A stretch of 64,000 nucleotides of DNA from Nageia nagi (GCA_050084985.1 JBITNC010000002.1:28520001-28584000); one strand, 5' to 3'; counted from the stretch's first letter, positions 24,364-39,300 are shown. Numbers and translations are program-made. Notes: generated from the sequence alone by a model not told the origin.

Positions 24364-27300
24364 CGTTTAGTTGAATTGGCAAGTTGACCTCTACATTGGC
24401 ACCTCAAAGTCACCTGGATCTTAGCTCAAACACTACTATCAAAAGATGGGAGGGGTTGGTCTTTGAATTCAAGAATTCCACCACATAGGCAGGCTAGGAT
24501 GCTTGCCTACTCCTATAGTTAGCTGCAAACATGTAAAGGTTTATACCTTCGCAAATGGCTTTCAAATGCCATGCAAGACCCTCCCTACCATAAACCCACA
24601 ACACAATGAACCCCTCACAAGGCTGCCACCTCACACATGCTCCGCATGAAATCCCAAATTATGTGCCATATGGACATGAAAATCCTCACAAAGTGCATCA
24701 AAAGAGGGGAAAAACTCTCCCCTCCATACATACTATGGAGTCTTATACCCCTCCATGTGGGTCAATGTACCCTCCCAATAGCTGCCAACTCAATAACATG
24801 GCACAAGACAATATGCCACCTCAGCTGATGGAAGCTACATATGAAGGACCAAAAATGGCCAAAAACCATCAATCACTTGCTGCAATGTTGTCAAAAATAT
24901 GTCTAAGATTACCAATCCCACACAAAAACAGGCAATAGCCATTGAAATCTGGTTAAGTCAAGCAGGAATCGCTTAAACAATGGGGCAGGGGCTCAAAACC
25001 AAGGCCTCCCCAATATGGTGAAAGAACTTGGTTGTGAGGCTACATGATCAGCAGCTGCAGTTGAAGTGCATCTGAAAAACAAAAATTCTCCCCACAAAAA
25101 CTGCCTGCACTAATTCAAAACTTGAAAATTTCAATTTTAACCAGTTTTAATTACCAAAACCACCTTATCTTCAATACTTCAAAAACATGGAAAGAAAGGT
25201 GAAACAAGAAGAGCAAAAATACCACTCAATGACAATACAATATCAACAATGAAGAAATACACCCATGATGCCAATGATTCACATAATATGAAAAGTACAC
25301 ATCTAGAATGTATTCATGGGAAAGAAGCTCCACTCCTGCTTTCTCTATAGAGAACAGGAGGAAATGCAAAGCAGAACCTCAATGGGTTTAAGGTACTCCA
25401 CCTAATTAAAGCAGCAATGTGACGCACTGATGCACTTATTTCTACCACTTGGAAAGTGTTCATACCTTATGCATATTGGATGCACTTTGTGTTGGTATGT
25501 TTTTCTTTACTAGTCCAAAACATGCACAAGACTTGGAGGAAACAGCGTTACTTGTTTCCGCCTGAAAGGATTGGTTACCCCAAAGCGCTCACATGGAATA
25601 TGGTCTTTAAGGCACAGTAGTCAGAGATGCATGTTGTTAACCATATCATAGTAGTAAATCTCGGACTCGGCTCGGACTCGCCGAGGCCCACTCGGACTCG
25701 AGACTCGGGACTCGGCAAAAAAATCGGCCAGACTCGGCAAAAACTCGGCAAAAGAAAAAATAAAAAAAATATGTATTTTTTCACTGAAAACATAAGTTTT
25801 TTCAATTGCATATTACTTATTATTGTTATTAGTGTCTTCTAGAAGCCTACTTACTCAACATCAACATTATACAATTTACAATATACACAATTACGAATAA
25901 GAAAAAACGAATAGGAAGGGGCATATGTTTATATTCATCAAAATGTTAAAACTTCAAAGTTCACAATACAAAATGTGCCTATGAGGCTAAGATGGCTACA
26001 AAATACAAAAGCACACAATCTAATATCTAATTCTATGATGGCTGAAAACTTCAATTTTTTGTCATCCTTTTCCCCTTTGCCCTAGCATAAGATACAAGTT
26101 CCTTTTGTGCCTGAGCTACGGAACTAGATGGCACTTCCCCTTCTTGTACCCTTTGCTCTTCTTGCCCCTTTGCTGCCAACTCCTCAGCTAGAATTTCAAG
26201 ATCATCAAAGACAATGTTAGGAATATTAGGATGTTGTAAAGGTTGATCCTCATCATCTGAAGACTCATCCACATCCCCTGAAGGCTGACCCTGATCCTGT
26301 AAAGGCTGATCCTGATCCTGTAAAGGCTGATCGTCTACGATCCATTCACTGGATGGATCAATGGCATCAAGCTCAATGGCCTCATAATCTATACCTGCAA
26401 TGTTTGCATAAAGTTCAATATCAATTTCTTAAATTTGTTTTCCAACTTAAAAGAGTTGTATATTTTATGAAATTGTAGATAATGGCCTCATAATCTAGAT
26501 TCTATACCTGCAACTTTTTTATGGTGGAGGAGTAGATTGTAGTGAACAAACACAAGATCATTTAATTTTTCTTGTGTTAACCTGTTTCTCCTTTTGGAGT
26601 GAATGTGCTCAAAGATACTCCAATTACGCTCACAACCAGAAGCACTGCATGGTTGGGATAATACACGGATTGCAAAATTTTGTAGGTTCGGTGTAAATGA
26701 CCCAAAATCCTCCCACCATAAGTCTGAAAAAATCCAATAAAAATAGATTTAATACACCACAAGTTCACATGTAAAAATTGAAACTAAGATTAAAAGATTA
26801 AAGTTTAATGTTTAATATTTAAATAACTTACGTGGTAGCAAAGTATCAACTGCTTTGGCACATTCAGTGGAACTGAAAAGGATGCCGGTGGCACTTTTAT
26901 ATGCTTGCATCTCAGTTTGTATTGCTGAGCGAATGTTTGGATCAGCCACCAAACGGTCAATAGCAATCCTTAATCCTGACATCACCTCATAATCCTTACA
27001 TTTTTTTCCAAACCAAAATTTGGGATTAAAATAGTAAGCTGCTGCATGAAGAGAGCTATGAAGTTGGAATGTCCAACGACGATCAATGAGATCCCAAAGG
27101 GGTTGGTATTTGGCCTTATCGATGTTATAATGTTTAGCAATAGCTTGTTTGGCCCTTTCCATGGCCTCAAACACATAACCCATAGGTGGTTTGTCTCCAT
27201 CAACAAGACGAAGAACTGTCACCAAAGGCTCTACTATCTGGAAAAAAAAATATTTAAATTCAATATAAAGTTTAAAACTTTAAAGTTAAACAAAAAAATA

Positions 27301-30300
27301 AAATTAAAAGTTTAATCTTGTAAATTGTACCTTGATGGCCTCCTCCATGGCCATCCAGAAGGGCTCCTCAAATAAGATGTCATAGACACTCTTCCATTCG
27401 GTGGTGCCTTTGAACCTAGCTCCAGCTTCCGTGAGCCACTCATCACCAACAAACATCTTCTTCATTGCCCCCTAGATATCAAATTTATGATTGAAGTTAG
27501 TTAATCTAATCACAAATCAAAAATTAAAAATAAATAACAATTATCATGTGTATGATTATGTTACGATGAAGTTATCAACCTGTGCCTGGAAGAGACTCTG
27601 CAAAGTAATAAAAGTTGTGGCAAATCGTGTAATCCCAGGCCGTGCTATCTCCCTGCCACTAGTGTATTGCCTCATAAGATGCAACACCCATGAATGATTG
27701 TAAACATATTTGACCACATGCTTTGCCTTCTCAACAATCGTGGCCAGCCAAGGTAATTTGCCAATGTCCTCCAGTAGCAAATCAAGACAATGGGCTGCAC
27801 ATGGGGTCCATACAAGTGTTTGGTATTTGCCCTCCAAAATCCTTCCTGCTCTCTTATAAGCTGAAGCATTATCCGTGATGATCTGGACAACATTTTCAGC
27901 TCCAACCTCATCCACTATGCTACCCAACAAGGCTGCAAGACGTACTCCATTCTTCACAATGCCAGATGCATCTACTGATCTCAAGAATACAATGCCTTCA
28001 CATGAGGCAACCAAGAAATTGATCAATGTTCTACCCCTACCATCTTCCCAACCATCTGACATAATCGTGCACCCTGATGTGTGCCAACTCTCACGTTGCT
28101 TATGAAGCAACGTTTGAATGTCCTGCACAGCCTCGTCAAGGAGAGGACCCCTCAAATCATAATATGTGGGTGCCTTAAATCCTTGACCGCATGCTGCAAT
28201 AGCCTCTACCATGCCCCGCCAATATGGAGACCTAGCCACATTGAATGGGATGTCTGAAAAAAACCAAAATGCAGCTATCGCCTTCCTGGCTTGCTTGTGT
28301 CTCTCCTCGTTCCATGCAGTCATACCATGCAATGTGGGTTGTGACCCTGGACTGGAACGTGAAGCAAAAAAGATCCGGGTTTTGCAATTGAGGCAATGCT
28401 AGAGCTATTGCCACCACTACCACTAGCAACTCCTCTGCTAGGAAATGGTGATGGCGTATATGTGCTACCTGTCTCTCCAAGGGGGTTTGCCATGGCCACA
28501 TCATGTTTCCTTTTCAATTCCTTCTTCTCTTTATAACCAATGAGAGATGCATTGCACTCTTGCTGAACCTCTAGGGGAACTGTAGGGCATGGCTTAACTT
28601 CTTTCCCTACTATCCTGGCTAAGTGATACTTGAGGCGGTTTATGCCTCCACTCATATCAAAATTACAAAAGAGGCATATCACACCTCCTTTGTGTTTTGA
28701 TTTTCCAGGATTCACATATTTCCATGCAGCATCTTTCTTCCCTGGAGGTAATGTTGTGGGTATTGTTGGCTGCTCATGAGGTAGACTAGCCTCACTAGCC
28801 ATGATCCTGCAGCTGCACAAGAAAAATAAAAAATAATAAGATACAAAAATTAAATTTAAATAGAAAAAATAAAAATATAAGCACATGCCACAAGCTAAAA
28901 AAAATGGCTTAAATCACAAATAAAAAATGGTACTTAAAATTTTTGGCACCCGTCCAAGTATTAAATTTAGTCCCTTTACGGGGTTCCAAGGGGCAGCGCC
29001 CCTGGCGTGCCACCCCCGTCACGAGACGGGGCTTCAAATTTTTTCGAAAGGGTACAAACGGGCGTTCGGGAAGAGATCTGGGCTAAAAATTACACTATTC
29101 CAATTCGTTTGTATCTTACCCCTAAACCCCCTATTTTTACCTCGCGCAAATTAATTCCCTAAGTGTAATTTCCAAAGTTAAACTACTAATAATATTCGGC
29201 GAAAAAAAGAATATAGAAGGTAGAGAAATAAAATTACTTACCTCAAAATTTAGCACGGATAAAATTCGGTTGGTCTAGTTGCAAAATGCTTCTCTCCCTC
29301 TCTTTCGCCCTTCTTCTAACAACTGCACCGCCAAAATGACCAAAAAAGACTAGAAAAAGTAATAAAAGGCAGAAACTGGGCACTTTTTCTCTTGCTGGTC
29401 GTGTCAGACGAGTTTTGGCGAGTCCGCGGCTAGAAACTCGCGAGTCTCGCCGGGACTCGGGACTCGCCAAGACTCGCCAAAACTCGCCGAGTCCGGCGAG
29501 TCCGAGCTGCCAAGACTCGGCCAGACAGACTCGGACTCGGGACTCGCGAGTTTTGGCGATTCCCGGCGAGTTTTGCTACTATGAACCATATACAAAGGAA
29601 ATACAACGCCGGAGTTCTTCTCCACAATGAGGAAAGACTGCAAATGTGAACGAAAGCAAAGAAAGATCACAAATGTAGGTACGAACACAAGGATAAATGC
29701 AAAGGAATACAAGGGAAGATGAACTTATGAAAGGTATCACCAATGGTGCAGTGTCTTTGCAGGTCATCTTCAGATTCATTAAGGTTAATGTACTCACTAT
29801 CAAGTCGGGCAGCAAATAGCAATATGCACTCAAATCACTACCAGATGAGAGCAAGAAGCTATTGGGTCTTGATGAAAAAATCGTGGGAAGGAATAAATGA
29901 GGTGAGGGTGTGAGCACAAGACCTAACCGAATGGTATAAAGACAAGCTATGAGCCTCAGAATACATCCACTTACGTGCAAACCATGCAAAGAATGGCTTA
30001 AACCACTTCAACGAATATTCAATATGCAACTCCAAGAGAAAAACTATTCAAATATGCATGATCCCACAAATGATATTCATCACAGTATTTACTTTATAAT
30101 CTCATTCCCCAAAAGAAATACATTCATAATGATATTCAATGATAAACATGCATAGAACCCCTTATGCAGCAAACCTCTATGCAATGGAATGTAAAAGCTT
30201 TAGGATGCAACAAACTCAAAAATCTTACACATGTAAAGGCTTGAAATCAGCATCTCAAAATGCAAGATCCCCAATATGCAATGCTTCTATTAAATGCAAA

Positions 30301-33300
30301 GTCTCCAATGTGCAAATATGAGTAAAATTCTCAACATCATGTAGTATTCCAAATGCAAAAGTCCCAAATGCAAAATCCCCTTTCTAAAGGGCCATGATCG
30401 AGTATAAATAGGCCACTACAAGTGTTGCCCTAAAGGCATCAAATCTAATATAGTGTGCACACATGCAACACACATACCGATACAAAATCATATTGTTCTC
30501 ATGAATCGGTGCAAATGGCACTCAAAAATATGGCAAAATATAAATGCCACTACTAAAATGTATTTAATCTATCTCTAAACTACTCAAAAGCAAATCAGAT
30601 ATGCAATAAAGGAGTCTAACATCAGAACCGGTGGAGCAAAACCTCATCCCTGCACCAGTCAGAGTCATAAATGAGTATGACAAATCTAGCCTGGCGGGAG
30701 CAAAAACTCATCCCCACGCCAGTCAAATCAAGTAAATAAAGTCTGACATAACAACCACCATCAAATATGCATTAAACAAAAAACAGATATCGCAGACGAA
30801 ATCTGCGGGCGGATGAAACCTAGGCCAGATCTGTTCCGATACTGCCAGAGTTCCACTCCTCATTGGTGAGACTGTACGACTCAATGGTCTCCTCCAAGAA
30901 CGCTACAGTCTTCCGTATGCCCATGGAAATCATGCCAACGGTGCTACCATTCTGCCGAAAGTAGTCCTCTATCTTTTTGGACGTAGCCTACATCTGGTGC
31001 CTCCAGATGACCATCCGCCTTTTGTGGACAATAGGATGCCCTGCCTTCAGCAAACTGAGGTAATCGATGTCTAGATGCTCCTCTATCGGATTCTGAGCCT
31101 CTACTAATACTACCTCCTTCCTTACACTATTGTCCTCCCCTTAGAACTTGAGCCGATAGGCATAGTCATTTATCTGTTCCTCGACCTCCTTTCTCAAGGG
31201 GATTCTAAGCTTCAGGATGCGATGCACTTTTCGAGCGCATGACTCAGCCAATCGTGGTGGTAAGTGAACTCGTGGCAGTAGACTAATTTCTTAGGATTGT
31301 CAGAGTAGACATGCTACAGATGGGATACGTTGGGAAGATAGCCATTCAACGTGCCAAGGTGTGCTAAGATTTGTGCCTTAAGGTCCCCAATTTCCACACC
31401 TTTAGCAAGGAGCTTGTAGATTTGAGAAGACAACCTTTCGATAGCCTCCATCCTTTCTTTAGCTACTCTTTCATCAATTCCCATCCCTCATGGAAGGAAG
31501 TCTACTTCATCAGATCTAAGGGGGTGGTACTGACCTTCTAGAACTCCTTGATGATCTTCCTAATAGCCGTGACTTCCCTTTTCAGCCTCTTCACCTCCTT
31601 TTTGGCTTCATAGCCTTCCTACTCCATGATTGCAGCGTTTTGAGTGACTATATGTTTACGAGCTGTCAATCCTAATTTTACAAGCATCTTAAATGTCTCA
31701 ATGGTACAGTCTTCTGCTCTCTGATGATGTTTCTTCTTTGAATAACAATGGCTAATGGAGATTTACTTTCGGGAGGTGGAGACAAAGGTATCAACCCTTC
31801 AAATTTTTTCACCATCTAAAAGCTCCTCTTCCTCATCTTCAGAGCGTGGATCCTGGTCTATCTTCATCATGAGTATTACTCATGTTGAAGGTTCTAAGGC
31901 AGGCATCCAAGTCAAGATCTAGATGCTCGGTTGTTGGTTGGGGAGGAAGCCTTTGTACCTACAATATTCCTTTATTGATCTTCTTGACTTCTTGTACCAG
32001 AGTGGTTTAAATAAGGGTGATCTCCTTACCCTAATGCTCTTCTTGTGCTCTCTTCTTTTTCTATTCTTCGGTCTCTCCTTCATCCTCTTCATCTCCTCCA
32101 TCACCACCTATAGATATGCCTTTGTTCTATGGCTGGGGGAACCTTTCATGGCTCGTTCTCTTTGTAGAGGATTTCTGCAAAGAAGGGGAGCTTTTCCTAT
32201 GCTCAACAAGAGAGGGTTTGGAGGCACCAATCTCTCTGGCATACTTTACTCCAATGACTTGGACCTCGTCATCATCATAGGTCCCAACGTCCACAATCTC
32301 ATCATCTTCCTAGAGATTCTCGATCTCTGTCTCGTCAGGTGCAAAGGCACCTACGACTACGTCTTCATGCTCAGTGACAATGGTAGCATCATCATCTTCC
32401 TCTTCACTTCCACTGTGGCTCTTTGACTCCTCTTCGGAGTCTTCTGCTGTGCAGTCGGGTTCTTCATCAGTCTCTTCGTCAGAAGAGGAAATGGAATGTT
32501 TAGAACTGGAACTAGCACTTGGTTGTAACGAGGATGCTTTTTCTCTGCATCCAGGAGAGCAAGTGAGTCTGGAAGGGACCCCTTTTGTGGGTGAATCACT
32601 GACACAAGTCTCATCCAGTACATTCGAGGGGATAACGCGATAGCCATCATCCTTGAGATCAGCCATCACTACGCTGTTCTTGCTAGGGCCTGGAATGTGC
32701 TTCCTTAGAGCTTCTTGCCTCTTTCCAGCAAGAAGCAAGGGTGCCTTAACTAGCAAAGGTGCAGCATGAATAGGAGGAGGGGATGACCTAATCCTAAGGG
32801 GGACCTCTTTAGATCTAGACTTAGCAGTTTGGGGTTTTTTAGGTGGTTTTCCTACTTGAAGGGGAGTCTTTTTTTGCGCAGGAGAGCATCTATCTTTGCA
32901 ATCTCCTCATCTTGCACAATTTGGTACTTCTCCACACTCCCCAAAGACTTATGCTGAAAAGTGATAGGTTTAAGGAATGCAGCGTAGTAGAAATATGCAA
33001 TTATGCCTTTAAAATCATAGTTGCTTATTGTTGCCTCCTTGGAGAAGACATACTGCTGCAGTTCCTTCTTCATACTGGCTACTTCAACCCACTTCTGACA
33101 CACATACCTTGCAATTGAGATAGGCAAGTTAATGTTCGTGTTCTTCTTCTTCCAGACTTTCTCTTTCAAGAACAAAAGTTGTCTGGAATTCCATGAAGAT
33201 AAGTTTATCACTAGCATATCTAGGTAGGAGTAGGGGTCGCTCTTTCGAGCAATAGACTCTGATGAATGTATGGTCAACATCCTGCAGAAAGAAATTTGCA

Positions 33301-36300
33301 TGTACACTGATGGCTTGGACAGTTGCATCAGAAATCCTCTTCACCACGGACTTCCCTTTGATATCTTTATAGATATCATACTCCCATCGATCATTTCTCT
33401 CACAAATATGCTAGAACTTGTTATGGTACCACCACTTTGGATAAGCCCACCACACAGGGGTGCCTTTCAGACCCAAATATCTTTCATCAGCCAGCTCCTT
33501 AGATCTGACCTTACCTTGCAATAACAAGTACACAAGATAGGAATTCAAGTAAAATCTCCTCGAGGAGCCAAAGTAAGCTAATTGGTGGCATAGGGCATCA
33601 CTAATCACCCCACTCCAACGAATAGCTCTCCCCGAACTAATGACTGCAATGAAGCCTGTAAACTCCTTTCTATACTTAGCATCATTTTCCAAACCAATGA
33701 CCCTGGACAAATGAGTGATCACTTTGGCCATAACAGGCAAGAACTGTTCTCTACGAGCGCTAATCAACCTCTAGCCCTGAAGGTTCTGGTAGTCTTCTAG
33801 TAACCATGGCCGAATGTAGTCTTCAGGCTAGGTTGTGGAATCATGGAAGTCTTCAGAATATACCAATGTGTAGTCATCCCATATCTTTTCCAACCAAAAG
33901 CTACTTCAATTCCAGCAGGGGAGAAGTCCATAATTACATTTCCCTCTGTGTCCCGTGGATTCTCTTGTCATATTCACATCTCGTGGCTACCTCATAGTAC
34001 AAATCAGGAAAAGGTACTGCAAAAGGCATCATAGTGGCATTGAATAATCCACAAGTGTGGATAAGCTCCTCTGACAAATCTTCCTTACTGATGGAGGCAG
34101 TGGAGGCTAAAGTCTAGATGGGGTCCAAGTTTCCCTAGTCTGTATCACCAACAAAGATATATCTCCTCTTAAATTTGGCTTTAGGAAGCTTGGTCTCTCT
34201 CTCTCTCTCTTGAAACTCAATTAGGCTCTCTTTCGAAAGTCAGGCCATCTGGTTCTTAGTTACATGTCTGTCGAATAACTGTCCTTGAATTTTCCTGGCT
34301 CTTGATGGAGGTGGTCTAATATTGGAAGCCATGCGACAATGTCTGGAATGCCCTCAAGAAAACCTAAGGACAAGTGTGGATGTTGTGAAGGATACAGCAC
34401 GAAAGAACCAAACGTTGAAGCCTGGGCTACAGGAAGTCCAACACACTGAAAGAAAGTTGCCTTCCTTTTATATGAGATGCATGGAGGGTGAATGTATGGC
34501 AAAGTGCATGCCTGCCTACCACTTGTCTTCTTCTCTTCTCAACTCCTGGCATCTCACACTTGGCCAATTTCACTTTTTAACCCTAGGCGCACAGTTTTGG
34601 ATAAGTGCTTGAGCACTACCTGAAAAGCATGCAACTAGGCCTTGCATCACTTAGACAAATTTTGGGTATAATTCTTCACCTCACACCTAGGCGCATGGGT
34701 CTGGGTGAGTGAAAAAGCATGCACCTCAAGCTCAGGGCTCAATTGAAATGCCTTAGCCAAGAGTGGCTATCTAGATGTATGACGGCCCTCTAGACTCCTT
34801 ATTTCTCCCTGGCACACTGTGCTAGAAATGCTACGACTAGGAGTAAGGTGAAAATCTGAGATGAAGTGGTAAATATGACTAAGGGTTGGTTTGATATTTA
34901 TAACCTTCCATGCTGCCATGTGTCACCTCTGGTTGGTTAGATTAAGGGTCAAATGGTAGAGCTAAAATAGAGGGTGCATGATTTAGGATGGGTGCAAAAG
35001 CATGTGTCAAAAGACATGTGACTGGGATCTAGGAACTTAGTCAAATTTTGGGTCTTGTGCCAAAACGTCTAAGACTAGCCACATGATTTGGGAGAAGTGC
35101 TTTTTCATGCATAGCAAATGATGCGATTGGGGTCCGGCACACCTCCCGAGACCAAAATTTTTAAAAACTAGGCAAAAATGACTAAAAAAGCAAATTTGAC
35201 ACAGGTCGCATGTTATAAAGGACGTGCTTTTCTCCCTTAGCTCCACGCAATGCTCCAGACAATTTAGCAAACAGCATGATTGAGGCTGACTTTCCTTTTA
35301 TAGCCTTCTCGAATAGGACAGGTGTCATCATATGATTGGTGCAAGAGGAGGTCAAATGCATGTGCTTACACTTATCAACAATCCGAGCCCAACACTTAAC
35401 CAATTTTCATCTCATGAATCTGGTTGCATGGTTTTGGGTGGGTGCAAAAGCACATACTTGAAATCATGCAACTGGCCTTGATTGTCTCAAAATTGGCTAA
35501 GTCCCCTTTTTTCTGGTCACATGGTTTGAGTTGGGTGCAAAAGCACTCACTTGAAAATGTGCGACTAGGTTTTGAAAGTTTCAAAATGGCTAAGTACAAG
35601 TCTCTTCTTCCCTGGTCGCATGGATTCAGTTGGGTGCAAAAGCACTCACTTGAAAACACACGAATAGGTTTTTCTCCGAAAAATATGCTAAGTATGAGAG
35701 CTCCTAGTTCTAATCGCACCATTTTGGGTGGGTGCAAAAGCACACACTTGAAAACATGCGACTAGCTGAAAAACACGTTTTTACCTTGAGCTCCAATCAG
35801 GATGACTTCAAACATGAAATGCAATGAGGGAGATGAACTTCTGCAGCATGAGGGACCCTGAAAGTGTAATTTAAAGACTGAAAAATGCAAGTAACAAGTA
35901 TGAAAATGCAGCATGAGGTTGGTCGCACCGTTTAGGGGATGTGCAAAAGCATGTCCCTCAGAACATGCGACTCAGAAAAAATGTGAGTTTTTGACTTGAT
36001 TCGATCATGAATGTGCAAGTCTAACATGTTTCCCGAAGCTAGACCAAAATGCATACATTCCCTTAGACGGATGAATACTTCAATGCATTGTTTTTTTAAT
36101 TGGTCCTCAAAATGCAAAATTTTGGGGGGTAATTGTGTAGGCACAACACTTTGCACAAGGGCTCACGTTCTATGTTTTACATTGATAAACAAGAGAAACA
36201 TATGTAATATTTTTTCTTATAGTCTTGCATATTTTTCCCTTCTCTTTCACTTGGCAATCATCTATAAGGACTCTTTTATCTTCTTCATTTTCATATGAAC

Positions 36301-39300
36301 ATTGGTGTGTAAATGTGCAAAAGCCTTTTGTTTCAATTTTGAAATTAGAAATGAATGAAGAGGACAATAGAAGAGAAGTTAACCTAATACATATGAAGTA
36401 AATGGAATCTTCATCTGCAATATCTGAATGAAAGATGCAAAAGCTGACACTATTAACGCAGCTGACACCAAGTCTGTTCAACCAAAAAAGCATAGCCAAA
36501 ATCAATTTCTTCCTTTTCATTGAATTGATGGACTGACAAGAACCAATAAAGTAATGCATTTAACACTATCATTATTAACATTTAATATCAAAGCATTAAC
36601 ATAACACTTGAATTCATAACCAACATTAAATTTTATCCATGCTTGCTTTGGTTTTCAAACACAATCTCACATTCTTTAAAATTTAAACAGAGTGACTAAA
36701 AACTTGAAAAAAAAAGGCTCCTAATGTAAAACTTACATAATACAATAGATTGATTTGATTTACCACCTACTTGAAATTTGAAGATTTGCTTAATTCATAC
36801 AGTCCCCTAGTGCACTTTGAACAAAGAGGTCGTGCAATACCATATGAAAGCAATTTCATTATTTTCAAGACTGGTGATAAAAATTTGTTTTATAATGTTC
36901 AACCAATGACTCTGTTTGCCATACACATGGTAATTCTATCCTACCGATGATAAAAGTGCAACTGCTCAAGGAATAGAATACTAGCCAACTCTTGAAGTAT
37001 TTGATCTTGATTCTTATAATCAAACATTAAAAGTTCCCCTTAAAACAACTTCAACCATACTATAGAATCAAACTTTGTTATAGCACAAGTTATCATTATC
37101 ATACACACTATAATAAGACAAACTCATTAATATAAGGAAGGATATGCCTTTACCTTCTGTGATATCCTTTCTATGGTATTTTGTGTTAGATAGTAAGTAC
37201 AATTAGATGGTGCATTCTTTATTATATACCCAATAATTATAAGTACCCCAATCATTCTATATATGTACAAGATAGAGATACGTAAGACCAGAATGATTCA
37301 CCACATACATGATTACAACAATGATCAATAAAGAAATTCATGTCCATATGTTTGGTATTTTCATTCATGTTGTGAGTATTATAGTACACAAATTCAAGAG
37401 ATAGTATTTATCACTAGTATTATTAAAGTATTAAATTTCTGGAAAATTATAAGTATAGGTTTATAGTAACAAATTATCCTCCGTATAAAAAATGGATGAT
37501 GATAGATCATCGGTTAAGTTAGTTAGATTTATTACTTGGTTACAAAAACATGCATGATGCATAAATACACATTAAAGAACTCATATACCATCCATTTCTC
37601 CAACATTTGGTATTAGGGCATTTGCATATGATTGTGGGCTGTGAAACCCTGACATGGGGGGAGTGATGGGAAAGCTGTAGTGAAGGTCAAAATTGCAGGA
37701 CATAAATAAGAAGAAGAAATAAGGGTGTCAGTGTGGAAGAGGTGGTTGCTTTTGTAGAACAGAAAGAGGAAAGAAGCTACACTAATTAGGGGTCGGTGTG
37801 AAAGAGGTGTTCGCATATATAGAACACGGAGAGGATGGAAGCTATGTATGCAGGCAGTAACTTTCATCTTGCAGTGCCTATATGACTTGGTTTTTTTGCA
37901 ATTCCCTTCATGCTTTCTTCTCCAACATTTCAGATAAAGATTTTCATATTATTCATTCCCAATTCAAGTGCTTAATAACCTCAATTTTCAAGAATGCTTG
38001 AAGTGTTACCAATTGTCATCTTTCTGCATTAGTTCAAGGGTGTCATTCATTTCAGATTCTAAAAATCAACAAGTATATGTTAAAGTTGCAAATAATGAAG
38101 GTATAAGGTTTCCCGAGACCTTTTTTCTATACTCAAGCTGTCAGACTGCTCAAAAACTGCAGATAATGCAGTTATATGCAATTTCCATGAAAGATGGCTG
38201 CAAAAGGCTTGTTATGCTAATGATTAGAGGATGCAATTACCTTGTGTTGTCCACAACTTGAAAATCTCATTAAAGCATGCTGTAAAAAAATAAAATACAC
38301 ATTGCAGAGACATTCTGCCAAACAACTTTCTTTGGCATCATTTCATAACATCAACCCTAACAACATATTTAACGAGGACATGTCCCACATTGAACGGAAG
38401 GTGCTGCAGGTCATTGTGGGTTGTGTAGAAAAACGGTGTAAACCTAGATGTGAAGCCACACAATATTCTGATCACCAAGTAATGAGAGATTTGAATATTT
38501 TGCAAGAAAATGATAGTTAGAACTTTGGAAGTTGTAACTACAGATTGAACTGAATGTGATTACTTATTGAAGTATTTCTTACTTAACGGGAGTGGTATAC
38601 TCAAGGCAGATGTTTGGAATTTAGATTTGATAGTGCATGAAAAGACTGTGAATGATGATAAAAGGAAATGAAGAACAAATACATTGACAAGTTAGAAAAG
38701 TTGACTTTATAATGCAAATTTTAAGTCTTCTGAATGCTGGCTGGAAGTTATACAAACGATATTATTATTGCAAAAGCTATTTGTTCTTTTTAGGCTTATG
38801 CTCTCTGTTCTACCTGAAATGTCTCTACGGCACAATAACCAACAAATTACCTTCTACAATTTAAAAAACTTCAATGAGTTAAGGAAGAAACAAAAATCAG
38901 AATGAGCACCCAGAAAGAAATCACTGATTGCTGTTATGTCTAAACAGTGTGAAGAAGATGATTCTATGTTGAATGACCAGCAAAAAGAAAGGGAAACATA
39001 AGGCATGCAATGCATTTCCTGATCTGAAGAAATCAATCAATCAGTTACATGACCATTCTTTTACGACTTTAATTAGTTTTTCATTCAAATGTAATTGAAG
39101 AATATAATTAGAAATGACTGTAACTACACATCCACTGTTATAGAAATGTTATGAATATCATCTTGACAAGTGCACAAAGCCGCTGGTAAGAAAATTGTCA
39201 TGTGCCCCAACTTCCTTGGATCATGTTGAAACTAGGTTTTAAACTTTGATTCCTAGTTTTTATATTATTGAAGCTAATCTTTAAAAGACACTGTCTCAGT

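Noticed and set aside
29243-29630. Arg/Ser-rich ORFs at the hAT end
   Set aside because: They are translations of GACTCG subterminal repeats.
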